A DNA stretch of 64,000 bases from a virus, in IMG/VR virus record IMGVR_UViG_3300003154_000004, positions 1 through 64,000 of that record; one strand, written 5' to 3'. The first letter of the stretch is position 1. Each line of letters begins with the position of its first letter. The translations under genes and the position numbers were made by a program. Below, in pieces: positions 44,105 to 52,350 of this stretch. Below the pieces are notes generated by a model that searched no databases, was not told where the DNA came from, and saw nothing but the letters and a program-made list of their open reading frames with translations.

Positions 44105-44359
44105 TCATCTCCTTTGACCTTCTTCCAGTACATCTCGCAACATCATGCAGTAATTCCCGATATGGACCAAATGCTCCATTGCTCGATTGTACTTTCTTGC
44201 ATTCACTGCTTTTTCAAATCGTTTAAATTGAATTTCAATTCCGAGGTGCAGCCGCACTGGGTTTGTATTACTCCATGTTACATCCCCTCCGTACTGATCT
44301 GCGTGTAAATCGAGTTGATGATCCATCTCTTCAGCAAACTTTTTAACTGATTCCCTCAT
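44105..44359 (-). CDS. Small MazG-like helical protein
   Basis: 84 aa. FAEEMDHQLD...MEHLVHIGNYCMMLRD is a MazG-type pattern. Assignment is tentative. Confidence 0.35.
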   Translation of the reverse strand: MRESVKKFAEEMDHQLDLHADQYGGDVTWSNTNPVRLHLGIEIQFKRFEKAVNARKYNRAMEHLVHIGNYCMMLRDVLEEGQRR

Positions 44360-44389
44360 CTCCCTTTTCCCTCCTTAACCACTCATGGG

Positions 44390-45013
44390 TTAGCGTGGAA
44401 GGGTGTTCCACAACGTGATGGCATACCACTTGATTTTGTGACGTGGACCTGCCATTATACATTCAAGGCAATATACGCCGTAGACTGATTCATCAAATGG
44501 ATGTTCTGCCACTCTCACGTGATTACTCTTGCAGCTAGGATTTGGGCATGGCTTCAACGCAGGACTTGGCTGACTGGGAGGATCGAGCCAGTAATCAATC
44601 CTTTGCTCTTTGCATGTGTTAGGATCAAGCCACCCTTTTGATTTTGAGAAATAACAATAGCATTCCTCTCCATCACGGATGCACACATATTTTTTAGGCA
44701 CAACCGGGTCCCTTTCACTCACTTTCACCCATTTTCCAGACCCTAGGGACTGGTAACATTGTACTTCGATGGTTTCTGTTCCGTTGTTTACCTTGCGATA
44801 CCATGTCTCAGTCATGACGTTATCCCCTTTCACCTGTTTCATTTCCTCGATCATCCTCGCCATTGACTCTGCTGCCCGCCCAACGTCCACTCGCTCGGAT
44901 AGCCACTCATTGAGTTCTGCCGCCAGCGCAAGCGCATCAGTTGGTATTCTCGTCACCTTCCCCTCCTCGTACTGCCTCCACAAATTGATGTGCTGCTTCT
45001 GCAATCGCAGCAT
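44390..45013 (-). CDS. Protein with a C-terminal Lar-family-like Zn-ribbon (restriction alleviation-like)
   Basis: C-terminus CPNPSCKSNHVRV...YGVYCLECIMAGPRH...AITLWNTLPR resembles the Lar family. The true start is probably internal (ATG 44863 or 44815), because the ORF overlaps the upstream gene. Confidence 0.4.
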   Translation of the reverse strand: MLRLQKQHINLWRQYEEGKVTRIPTDALALAAELNEWLSERVDVGRAAESMARMIEEMKQVKGDNVMTETWYRKVNNGTETIEVQCYQSLGSGKWVKVSERDPVVPKKYVCIRDGEECYCYFSKSKGWLDPNTCKEQRIDYWLDPPSQPSPALKPCPNPSCKSNHVRVAEHPFDESVYGVYCLECIMAGPRHKIKWYAITLWNTLPR

Positions 45014-45416
45014 CCTTCAAATTCTTCTTCACTATATTTTTTGCTAACGAACGCTCGTACGGGTTAAGTTTCGGAGTTTTCCCTTCAAGCAACAGCTTTT
45101 TCAACTTCGCTGCATCCTTCCCTTTCTTTCTATATCTTCTCTCCCCCGCAATAATCTGACCACCCGAAGATTTCACAGCATTATTCCATGCATCAAGCTG
45201 CCTGCTCTTCTCCTGCCAGTAACCAAAGATGAGGAAGAACTGATCGGGTGTCTCCCCATCTGCCATTCTCTTTCGAATATCCCTATTCATCTCCCCTGAC
45301 CACACCCCCCAGTCAGTCGAAAGTCTCGCCCAGTTTTTCAGCTTCGCTTCCTCAAACTTCGCATCAATCAGTGTGAGGTATTCTATTACTTTAGGATTTA
45401 TTTCGTGAGGCGGCAT
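44937..45416 (-). CDS. Hypothetical protein
   Basis: 159-aa ORF, basic and helical. Confidence 0.45.
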   Translation of the reverse strand: MPPHEINPKVIEYLTLIDAKFEEAKLKNWARLSTDWGVWSGEMNRDIRKRMADGETPDQFFLIFGYWQEKSRQLDAWNNAVKSSGGQIIAGERRYRKKGKDAAKLKKLLLEGKTPKLNPYERSLAKNIVKKNLKDAAIAEAAHQFVEAVRGGEGDENTN

Positions 45417-45669
45417 CGTGCGCTCCTACTTGTGCCAAAATACTGTTTACTTCAGCCAATACCCGTTGTGAATCCAGTAATATCTCATCCTTGAAATAGA
45501 TCAAAAAGTTGACTTGCTTTCGATTAAGCCAGATCGTGATGTTGAAACAAAGACTTGGCGTAAGATCATCATCCTCCTCGACGGTAAGCATTACCGTCGA
45601 GTCAGGTGGGAGACTCAACTGAATACTCTCGATAAAGTCCTTCAATTCACTCACCTTTACTACTTTCAT
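45391..45669 (-). CDS. Hypothetical protein
   Basis: 92-aa ORF whose start overlaps the upstream stop codon (ATGA). Confidence 0.45.
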   Translation of the reverse strand: MKVVKVSELKDFIESIQLSLPPDSTVMLTVEEDDDLTPSLCFNITIWLNRKQVNFLIYFKDEILLDSQRVLAEVNSILAQVGAHDAASRNKS

Positions 45670-46280
45670 CCTAGTACCTCTATCCGGCTCACCCCTCCAA
45701 TCTTGTTGACGAGAAACGTCCTATCCGCACTCTTATTCACCCCTTCCGCATGCGAGTTCAGTATGAATTGAATGCCCAACTTATCACTCAGCATCCTCAG
45801 CATATCGCTCACATTCTCTTGCAAATCAGGAGAGACGTTGCGGAAGGGTTCATCATCGATAATAACAGGTCGATTCTTTTTCAGCGACCAGTACATAATT
45901 CGCAGTGCGAAGCTGGCGACATCGACAGGTCCCCCTCCGTGAGAGTCGAGTGGGTTGCTTTCGAACCCATCATCTTCGAACAGCAGATCGCACTCTAGCT
46001 GATTGCGCCTTGGGACTATATGCACAGCAAGGGCAGGCCACACGGGACAGACCGCTCGTAGCGCAGTTGTGACAAGACGGGAAATCTTGAACTCGACGGA
46101 TTGTTGCGTGGACTGAGCAATTTCCTGAATCAGCTTTCGCCCTTTCTCCGCTGCCGTCACATCCAGTTCAATCTCTTTGAGACAGTTCTTTACTGTTTCC
46201 CATCGTGTTGTCAACTCCTGCCTTGCCCCTTCAGCCATCGACAGTTTCTTCTCCATTTCCATAATGAAGTCATCAGTCAT
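45666..46280 (-). CDS. sbcC: Rad50/SbcC-like ATPase, C-terminal half (signature motif, Walker B, H-loop)
   Basis: Coiled-coil N-terminus followed by DSHGGGPVDV (signature-like), VIIDDEPF (Walker B) and LNSHAEG (H-loop). No Walker A. Confidence 0.6.
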   Translation of the reverse strand: MTDDFIMEMEKKLSMAEGARQELTTRWETVKNCLKEIELDVTAAEKGRKLIQEIAQSTQQSVEFKISRLVTTALRAVCPVWPALAVHIVPRRNQLECDLLFEDDGFESNPLDSHGGGPVDVASFALRIMYWSLKKNRPVIIDDEPFRNVSPDLQENVSDMLRMLSDKLGIQFILNSHAEGVNKSADRTFLVNKIGGVSRIEVLG

Positions 46281-46693
46281 ATCCCTAGCTCCTCATTCTG
46301 TTTTATCAGCATTGCGATGGCTCCGCAGTACCCCCCAAGATTCTCATCCTGCTCGGTGGGGCAGTTAAGAAACGTGTACAGATTACGGAGAAGATCTTGA
46401 TGTACTTTCAGCACTTTCCTCCACATCTGATCAGTCTTCTTACAGCTTTCCGCTAGTCTCATGCTCATTGTCTTCCATGATTCCCCATTTTGAATGAGAC
46501 CTTGCACCCTGCTCACAAGTTCGAATGATCCTGCAAATTCGCTGATTTCTTTCCCGTCTAATAGGTTTTCAATCGCTTCGAGAATCGTCCCTTGCATCAC
46601 CTCCGTATTCGTTGCTTGCTTCATTTTTAAAGGGGGAGGAGGAGGGGGTGTCGGCTTTAATCTCGGGAGCTTTATATTCTGTTTCGTCATCAT
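46277..46693 (-). CDS. Hypothetical protein
   Basis: 138-aa ORF with a poly-Pro stretch near the N-terminus; 4-nt overlap with its neighbour. Confidence 0.45.
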   Translation of the reverse strand: MMTKQNIKLPRLKPTPPPPPPLKMKQATNTEVMQGTILEAIENLLDGKEISEFAGSFELVSRVQGLIQNGESWKTMSMRLAESCKKTDQMWRKVLKVHQDLLRNLYTFLNCPTEQDENLGGYCGAIAMLIKQNEELGI

Positions 46694-46695
46694 TT

Positions 46696-46884
46696 CTACC
46701 TCTCTCTGAATATCGATATTTCACGGTTGACATTAACGACGACACGAATAGGGGTCTCGCGGATGTCATGCCGGAGCGTTATTTCTTTGATCTCTAGATC
46801 TTTCGGCATTCCCATCGCTGCAAGTTGCTGATCCACTTCGTGTCGAAAATCTGACCATTTCATAGCAATTCTCCTAGAAGTCAT
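46696..46884 (-). CDS. Hypothetical protein
   Basis: 62-aa ORF packed within the operon. Confidence 0.35.
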   Translation of the reverse strand: MTSRRIAMKWSDFRHEVDQQLAAMGMPKDLEIKEITLRHDIRETPIRVVVNVNREISIFRER

Positions 46885-47119
46885 ACTCCGTTGTGATTTT
46901 TGTATGCAATCGCTCGATTTTGCCCCGCAGATCCTCCATCTGTGTATTTAGTTCTGCGAGTCGGGCAGGCGCTGTTTCTTCTGTCAACCCATACTTTTCC
47001 GTCAGCGTAGCCAGATATGATTCTAGCCTGCCCTCTAGCTTCGCCTTCTCATTCCTTTGCTCATCGATCGCATTCTTCAGCGTCTTGAGATCCTCAATCA
47101 CTTTCGTCATATCCGTCAT
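46874..47119 (-). CDS. Hypothetical coiled-coil protein
   Basis: 81-aa ORF with a heptad-like sequence; 4-nt overlap with the sbcD-like gene. Confidence 0.4.
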   Translation of the reverse strand: MTDMTKVIEDLKTLKNAIDEQRNEKAKLEGRLESYLATLTEKYGLTEETAPARLAELNTQMEDLRGKIERLHTKITTEYDF

Positions 47120-48033
47120 GCCAACACCCCCTCGATGAATTTCACAACCCTTTGATCTTGAATCCCTTTCAGCGCTACCGCAATGTTCTCTCTGAAGTTT
47201 ACACCTTCTTCGACTTCTCCACCTCTAATTTGTTCCACAAATGCTTCAAGCTCTTTATTCACTTTCTCATCCTTCTCTGCCTTCGTCATGTCGAAGACTT
47301 CAGTGAAAGCGAGTGCGGGGATAGGGCACTGATTGACAAGTTTGTGTTGTGCCGTATCGTAGAAGAAGACACAGGGGCGATGATCGGACGTGTTGATGGA
47401 CGTTCTGAACAACGCGCCAGCATTGATTACCATTCGTCCATTCTCACCCTTCACTGTAAACTGCTTGTGATTGTCCCCACTTACGATTAGATTGTACTTC
47501 GTTTCCTTCAGCAGTTGCAACCCTGTCACAAACTCATCCTGCCCTTCCCACACTTTCTCATTCTTGATTACCATCTTGTGAATCATCAGGATGTTGAACA
47601 TTTCAGGGTTAGTGATGGGCGGGATCTCTGCACCCCAAGACACCCCTGTAATTGCAACTTGCTCAATATCAACGACGCGATTATGCACGATCTCTACCGC
47701 TGAGCCTGCTTCGAGTACGGCAAGAGGGGTGTTATCGACATTCGATGAATGGTATCTCAAATCATGTTGCCCGTATATCGTCAAGAGACGATCTACCCCA
47801 CATTGCTTCTTCCACTGATTGAGATTCAATATCCAGTTTCGCACTGTGTCATAGTTCAGCGTATGTCGATTTGTGAAGTCACCTGGCTGCAGAAGTACCC
47901 TCGCATCGTTCAGATGGCAATACTCCAACAGAGTCCGCACTTTATCTTCCTGGGTCTTTTGCCAATCACGATCGAGCCTCTTGTCGGGTTTCTGATTGTC
48001 GAGGTGCCAGTCGCCTGTGACGCCTATAATCAT
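47116..48033 (-). CDS. sbcD: Mre11/SbcD-like metallophosphoesterase nuclease
   Basis: Calcineurin-like motifs GVTGDWHLD, LQPGDFTN, IYGQHD, MIHKMV and VSGDNH. Confidence 0.8.
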   Translation of the reverse strand: MIIGVTGDWHLDNQKPDKRLDRDWQKTQEDKVRTLLEYCHLNDARVLLQPGDFTNRHTLNYDTVRNWILNLNQWKKQCGVDRLLTIYGQHDLRYHSSNVDNTPLAVLEAGSAVEIVHNRVVDIEQVAITGVSWGAEIPPITNPEMFNILMIHKMVIKNEKVWEGQDEFVTGLQLLKETKYNLIVSGDNHKQFTVKGENGRMVINAGALFRTSINTSDHRPCVFFYDTAQHKLVNQCPIPALAFTEVFDMTKAEKDEKVNKELEAFVEQIRGGEVEEGVNFRENIAVALKGIQDQRVVKFIEGVLA

Positions 48034-49109
48034 ATCTTGATGCCTCCTTTCAATGTCTGATTACAGAGGGGGCAAATCTTCTGTTCGAGTAGAAACGTTT
48101 CATACTCTTTTTCCTTCAGTTTGACACGCTCAGTCGCTTCGACAATCGCGTTCCTCGTACTTTGTGTACTCTGTAACAGATTCTTAATTTGGAATGCGTT
48201 TTCTTGCGTTTCTGTGTACAGTTGGGCGAACTCACGGAGGAGATTGTATTTAGGAATAATCTCGAACCATTCATTGATTGTCTTGAGATCAAATCTGCTT
48301 TCTACCATTACATTCAGCAGCCGCGCAAGCCCGTCTTTCTCTTCCTCTACTTTCATCCAGCTGTGTGTGTTGCGTGTCAGTTCAGCCCACTCCTCCTCTA
48401 ACCCTTTCAGAAATTCAAACTCCGCAAGATCTTTGTGCCCACTCTCAATACCTTCTATTAATTGTGTAACTGCTTCGATCTCACCTGTAACCTTCTCTCT
48501 CTTGCCATGTAACGCTTTCAGCTTGTCGAAGAGGGTGCGAATTTCAGGGAGTTGTACATATTTCTCAAGGGAGCTTTCAAGATCGATCTTCTGTGCTTCC
48601 TGCACCTTCTGCTCCGCTCGTAATCTGTTCACTTCCTTGTTCGCCTTCTCAATGACGTCCGTGATCTCGCCTAGATCCGTCACCTCATTGAGTTTTTTCA
48701 TCACATTCCCTGCTGTATCTTGAATCAAGAAGTACCCATCATGCTGCATCTTCACATTGCGAGAATCCATCTGCAAGACTGTCTGCACTTCATCAGGTAC
48801 AGCACGGCGCATCGCTTCGTACACATCCTCTTCCGTCGTGTAGCTATTCTCCTTCTTCCCCTGCTCGCGCATCACGAACTTGCCATCCGTAAACTCGATC
48901 GTAGCAACGACCGTCGCCTTATCGTCTGCACGATGATTCTTGAACTTTCCACTTGGTGGTGTATTGTCGATAATCCACTTCAGCCCTCTCAACACAGATG
49001 ACTTGCCGCTCTCGCTAGGGCCCTTGATGATGTTCACCCCTTCATGAAACTCCAGTAGGGAATGTACATGCCCTTGAAAGTTGATCAATTCTACCGCTTT
49101 GATCGTCAT
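48030..49109 (-). CDS. sbcC: Rad50/SbcC-like ATPase, N-terminal half (Walker A plus coiled coil, ending in a CxxC hook)
   Basis: GPSESGKSSVL Walker A, a long coiled coil, and C-terminus ...QKICPLCNQTLKGGIKI. Confidence 0.7.
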   Translation of the reverse strand: MTIKAVELINFQGHVHSLLEFHEGVNIIKGPSESGKSSVLRGLKWIIDNTPPSGKFKNHRADDKATVVATIEFTDGKFVMREQGKKENSYTTEEDVYEAMRRAVPDEVQTVLQMDSRNVKMQHDGYFLIQDTAGNVMKKLNEVTDLGEITDVIEKANKEVNRLRAEQKVQEAQKIDLESSLEKYVQLPEIRTLFDKLKALHGKREKVTGEIEAVTQLIEGIESGHKDLAEFEFLKGLEEEWAELTRNTHSWMKVEEEKDGLARLLNVMVESRFDLKTINEWFEIIPKYNLLREFAQLYTETQENAFQIKNLLQSTQSTRNAIVEATERVKLKEKEYETFLLEQKICPLCNQTLKGGIKI

Positions 49110-49113
49110 CTTT

Positions 49114-49254
49114 CTATCTCCATCCTAGTAAGATTAATCCTACTATTATGATTACCCCACAGATTGCTACTACTTTTTCCCCGCCTGCCATAAGAATGCA
49201 AGTTATGGGAATTGCAATGCCGGCCCCAATAAGTAAAAGATTCTGTACTAGCAT
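49114..49254 (-). CDS. Small two-TM membrane peptide (46 aa, below the ORF-track cutoff)
   Basis: I translated MLVQNLLLIGAGIAIPITCILMAGGEKVVAICGVIIIVGLILLGWR. SD-like GAAAGAGAG. The stop codon lies 4 nt before the sbcC N-half start. Confidence 0.4.
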   Translation of the reverse strand: MLVQNLLLIGAGIAIPITCILMAGGEKVVAICGVIIIVGLILLGWR

Positions 49255-49415
49255 TATTATACTCTCTTTCACTTCTGTTTTTAAGGATGGGGGTAGAAAG
49301 CATTGCCCGAACTCCCTACCCCATCCTTACGCCACTGCCCTTTTCGCAACCCATCACTGTTATAATCAAACCAAACAGCTAAAGCCCTTAGCCTTTCTTA
49401 CTACAAGATTGCGTC

Positions 49416-49688
49416 TCACGAAATGAGACCGCCCCCAGTTTTGTTACGTTTGCTGGAGACAAACGGGGCAAATATCTTCCATGCCATGTAAATCGTAGCA
49501 ACCAATGCAAATGGGATCTGCCATACAAGTACCACCATCCAGTCGAGTGCGGCAGGACAGTTGGAGCCTTGCAGTCTGTGGTAAAACGCGATGATTTCCG
49601 CCCCTACTATTGTTGTAACATTCAGAATTATGTAGATTCCTATCCACCCTAGTATACCCTCACTGATCGATCGTCGCAGATCTTTCAT
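49416..49688 (-). CDS. Membrane protein
   Basis: 90 aa with two to three hydrophobic helices. Confidence 0.5.
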   Translation of the reverse strand: MKDLRRSISEGILGWIGIYIILNVTTIVGAEIIAFYHRLQGSNCPAALDWMVVLVWQIPFALVATIYMAWKIFAPFVSSKRNKTGGGLIS

Positions 49689-49956
49689 TCCCCCCCTCCT
49701 TCTTCGTCAATTCATAGATCGATTTGACAGTAGTGGACTCGGTTACATCTGATAACGTAAGCAACCCCGTATCAAGCAATTTCTTGAAGTCTTCGATTGT
49801 GACGGGGTGAAAGGGTTTGTTCTCGCGTTGCGCGAGCATCTTTCTCCCCTGATTCATCATATTCATTGTCACTCGTGCCCATGTCCAGTAATCCTTCATA
49901 CTGAACCTGCGTACCGTAGTGAGTTTCACTTCTACCATTTCATCTGACTTGTCCAT
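49660..49956 (-). CDS. Hypothetical protein
   Basis: 98-aa ORF. Confidence 0.45.
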   Translation of the reverse strand: MDKSDEMVEVKLTTVRRFSMKDYWTWARVTMNMMNQGRKMLAQRENKPFHPVTIEDFKKLLDTGLLTLSDVTESTTVKSIYELTKKEGGNERSATIDQ

Positions 49957-50296
49957 CTCTTACCCTCCTCCATCTCCCATTCAAACTCACATCAGCAAAC
50001 GAGACTCGTGTTCTACCCGGAATATCAGGTACTCTCAACTGCATCACCAAATCCACTGCATTGCGAATAACTTTTAAGCGCTCCCCTTTCTGTGAACCAA
50101 TGATGTGCAACCCCCTAGGATCCTCATGATACTTCCTGCATAACACCTCCCACTGTCCCAACACTCTGTCCTTTAGAATCAGCAGTTGCTCGTGCTGGAA
50201 CTCAGGGGAACGTGAAAGTGCCATAGGTGCCAGAATGTCCGGATTCAATTCGAGGATCTCCATCAATCGTTCTAGTCGAATCTCTTGCTGTGCCAT
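49940..50296 (-). CDS. Hypothetical protein
   Basis: 118-aa ORF; its start is coupled (TAATG) to the upstream small ORF. Confidence 0.5.
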   Translation of the reverse strand: MAQQEIRLERLMEILELNPDILAPMALSRSPEFQHEQLLILKDRVLGQWEVLCRKYHEDPRGLHIIGSQKGERLKVIRNAVDLVMQLRVPDIPGRTRVSFADVSLNGRWRRVRDGQVR

Positions 50297-50472
50297 TAGT
50301 CGAAGATCCTCATCGTAATTGGTAGACTCTTAAGGAAGTTTCGTACTCGTCGTACATCTTGAAGGTACTCAATGTAAGGGCTTTGAAAAGGGGGTTCAGC
50401 CATTTGCACCCCATCCTCTGCATAACTCACAATTCTCTCGAATGCCTCCTGAACTTCCGTAGTTGTCATCAT
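50296..50472 (-). CDS. Small hypothetical protein (58 aa, below the ORF-track cutoff)
   Basis: I translated MMTTTEVQEAFERIVSYAEDGVQMAEPPFQSPYIEYLQDVRRVRNFLKSLPITMRIFD. There are TAATG overlaps at both ends, and the ORF fills an otherwise empty 175-nt gap. Confidence 0.5.
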   Translation of the reverse strand: MMTTTEVQEAFERIVSYAEDGVQMAEPPFQSPYIEYLQDVRRVRNFLKSLPITMRIFD

Positions 50473-50921
50473 TAGTACATAATACCTCGATCTGCCTTCT
50501 TCATATCAATCGCAACACTATTCAATCCTTGTTCCGTTATTTTAGTGAAGAGATTGCGAATCATTTCGATTTGTTCTTTCAGATCCTCTACCTCCCCTTC
50601 TCTCTCAGAAAAATAGGCACACCCACTCTTCGCCCATTCTGCAATATCATTGAATGCAGATTCAACCGTTTTTGTTTCCGATCTCACCAGTTCTTCTTTT
50701 GCTCTAAGAATGAGCGCATTTACTCGATCTGTTGCTTTTCGCAATAATTCCATATTGCTCCGTAATTGTACTGAACTCTTCCCACCAGGAGATCCTAGAT
50801 GTGTTTCCGCATAAAAGTTGATCAACACGAGATCGTTAACTAGCTCCACGTCAATGGTAATTACGGGAATTGCACCTTCCTCATCACTTCCCACTAGTTT
50901 TCCCCAGATAATTTTATTCAT
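50472..50921 (-). CDS. Hypothetical protein
   Basis: 149-aa ORF with a 4-nt overlap with the ruvC-like gene. Confidence 0.5.
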   Translation of the reverse strand: MNKIIWGKLVGSDEEGAIPVITIDVELVNDLVLINFYAETHLGSPGGKSSVQLRSNMELLRKATDRVNALILRAKEELVRSETKTVESAFNDIAEWAKSGCAYFSEREGEVEDLKEQIEMIRNLFTKITEQGLNSVAIDMKKADRGIMY

Positions 50922-51487
50922 CCGAATGTCCTCACTAAAAGGTTTCGTCTACTTGCCCAATATGCTCCTGCCGCATCCGCTATGTGTTCAAACTCGTCAG
51001 TTCCAAAGATTTTGTCCTCACAAGGAATCTTGATCTGTTCAAACACTTTCTTCCCCCTCGCTTTCGCGATCACCTCCCATTCGTAATGCTCTCGTACCGC
51101 TCTCATGATCTCCGTTTTTGACGCACTGCGTTTGCCTGCTACAGCTATCTTGACCTCATTTGGCGAAACGTTTTCAAGAGGAAGTTTGTATATGGTTGTA
51201 AGAGCGGCGAGGACCGCCACAGCCCCACCCATCTTGTGGGCGGCTTGACTACTCTTCGACCCTCCAGTGGGGATCTCAGCGATAATTCCGTCACACCCTC
51301 CCCAGTTAATGATTTCTTCCAGCGCTTCCGTCAAAGCTGAACAGCGAATGACAAAATCTTCGGAACTCCGGAGAAGTCTGTTCGTTGACTTCTCCGTTAC
51401 TATTACGCCTGCTCTCTTCGCCACTTCACCTTTGCCAAACAAAATATAGCCAGTATGAGCAAATGCCACGTCCAGTGCTAGTAACAT
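50918..51487 (-). CDS. ruvC: RuvC-like Holliday junction resolvase
   Basis: N-terminal LALDVAFAHTGY (catalytic Asp), IIAEIPTGG (Glu) and C-terminal DEFEHIADAAGAY. Confidence 0.65.
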   Translation of the reverse strand: MLLALDVAFAHTGYILFGKGEVAKRAGVIVTEKSTNRLLRSSEDFVIRCSALTEALEEIINWGGCDGIIAEIPTGGSKSSQAAHKMGGAVAVLAALTTIYKLPLENVSPNEVKIAVAGKRSASKTEIMRAVREHYEWEVIAKARGKKVFEQIKIPCEDKIFGTDEFEHIADAAGAYWASRRNLLVRTFG

Positions 51488-52350
51488 CTAAACCCCCTGC
51501 GCCACTGCTCGAATCCTTCTTGGGTTAAGAACGAGTTGAGCCCGTACTTTCCAAATACAAACCGTAGTTTATCCATTGTTACGACATCCTTTTGAAGAGG
51601 CAGATAAAGGGATTCGAAAGGGAGTTGAATCAATTTGAGATTACGTTTATCAAATTCATTTCGTTTCCATTCAATAATCCTATCATAGATTTTCCCCTTC
51701 GTGAGTTCCCCCCGCAAGAACTTCGCGGCTGTAGGTTCGGCAACACCTTTCACACCTGGGATATTATCGCCTGCATCTCCAGAGAGAGCCTTGACTTCGG
51801 GCCATCGTGACGGGGGTAATCCCCACTCGTTCGTAAACTCTTCAGCGGTAAAGAATTTCTTCTGAACGGGTTCGTACATTTGACAGGTGGGGGTGAGGCA
51901 TTGAAGCAAATCACGATCTCTTGAAATAATCACTGCCTCCCCCACCTGTTGTGCTGCTACTGCAATCACATCGTCCGCCTCTAAACCCATCGAAACATAA
52001 TTGTTGAGAAAGCCTAGTTGTGTTAATACTTCCTGTCGTAACTGTGCAAATTGGTCAAAGCAGATGCTATTAAAGGCTTTCTCTTCAGGGGACGCTTCTT
52101 CGCGATCATGAATACGATTCATTTTGTATTCTGGGTAAAAATCCCGTCTGAGACTCCTTCTACTATCCCAACAGAACATAAATTGGTGATAAGGAAATAG
52201 TTCAATAAACTTCACAGTTGCTCTGAGAAAACCAAATATGACTCCTGTAGGCACAAGCTTGTCTTCAATTTGATGGGTTAACCACAATTTTCCCAACGTA
52301 TTCTTCGCCACATGCGCGATTGAGTTTGCATCCACAAGAAGCCATTTCAT
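51478..52350 (-). CDS. 5'-3' exonuclease / flap endonuclease (Pol I N-terminal domain / T5 D15-like)
   Basis: Motifs WLLVDANSIAH, FCWDS, GLEADDVIA, SRDRDLLQ and LSGDAGDNIPGVKGVAEPTAAKFL. Start ATG 52350 overlaps the recA-like stop (ATGA) and follows GGAGAGGAAG. Confidence 0.9.
   Translation of the reverse strand: MKWLLVDANSIAHVAKNTLGKLWLTHQIEDKLVPTGVIFGFLRATVKFIELFPYHQFMFCWDSRRSLRRDFYPEYKMNRIHDREEASPEEKAFNSICFDQFAQLRQEVLTQLGFLNNYVSMGLEADDVIAVAAQQVGEAVIISRDRDLLQCLTPTCQMYEPVQKKFFTAEEFTNEWGLPPSRWPEVKALSGDAGDNIPGVKGVAEPTAAKFLRGELTKGKIYDRIIEWKRNEFDKRNLKLIQLPFESLYLPLQKDVVTMDKLRFVFGKYGLNSFLTQEGFEQWRRGFRCY

Noticed and set aside
49341-49350. TGCGAAAA core of the 47-nt element recurring on the minus strand in the 49.3-kb spacer
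   Set aside because: An 8-mer is expected about twice by chance in 128 kb of two-strand sequence, and the flanks do not match the element.
49398-49422. Hairpin GTCTCA-cgaaa-TGAGAC at the end of the 90-aa membrane gene, considered as a terminator
   Set aside because: The stem is only 6 bp, it overlaps the stop codon, and there is no U-tract on the transcribed (minus) strand.
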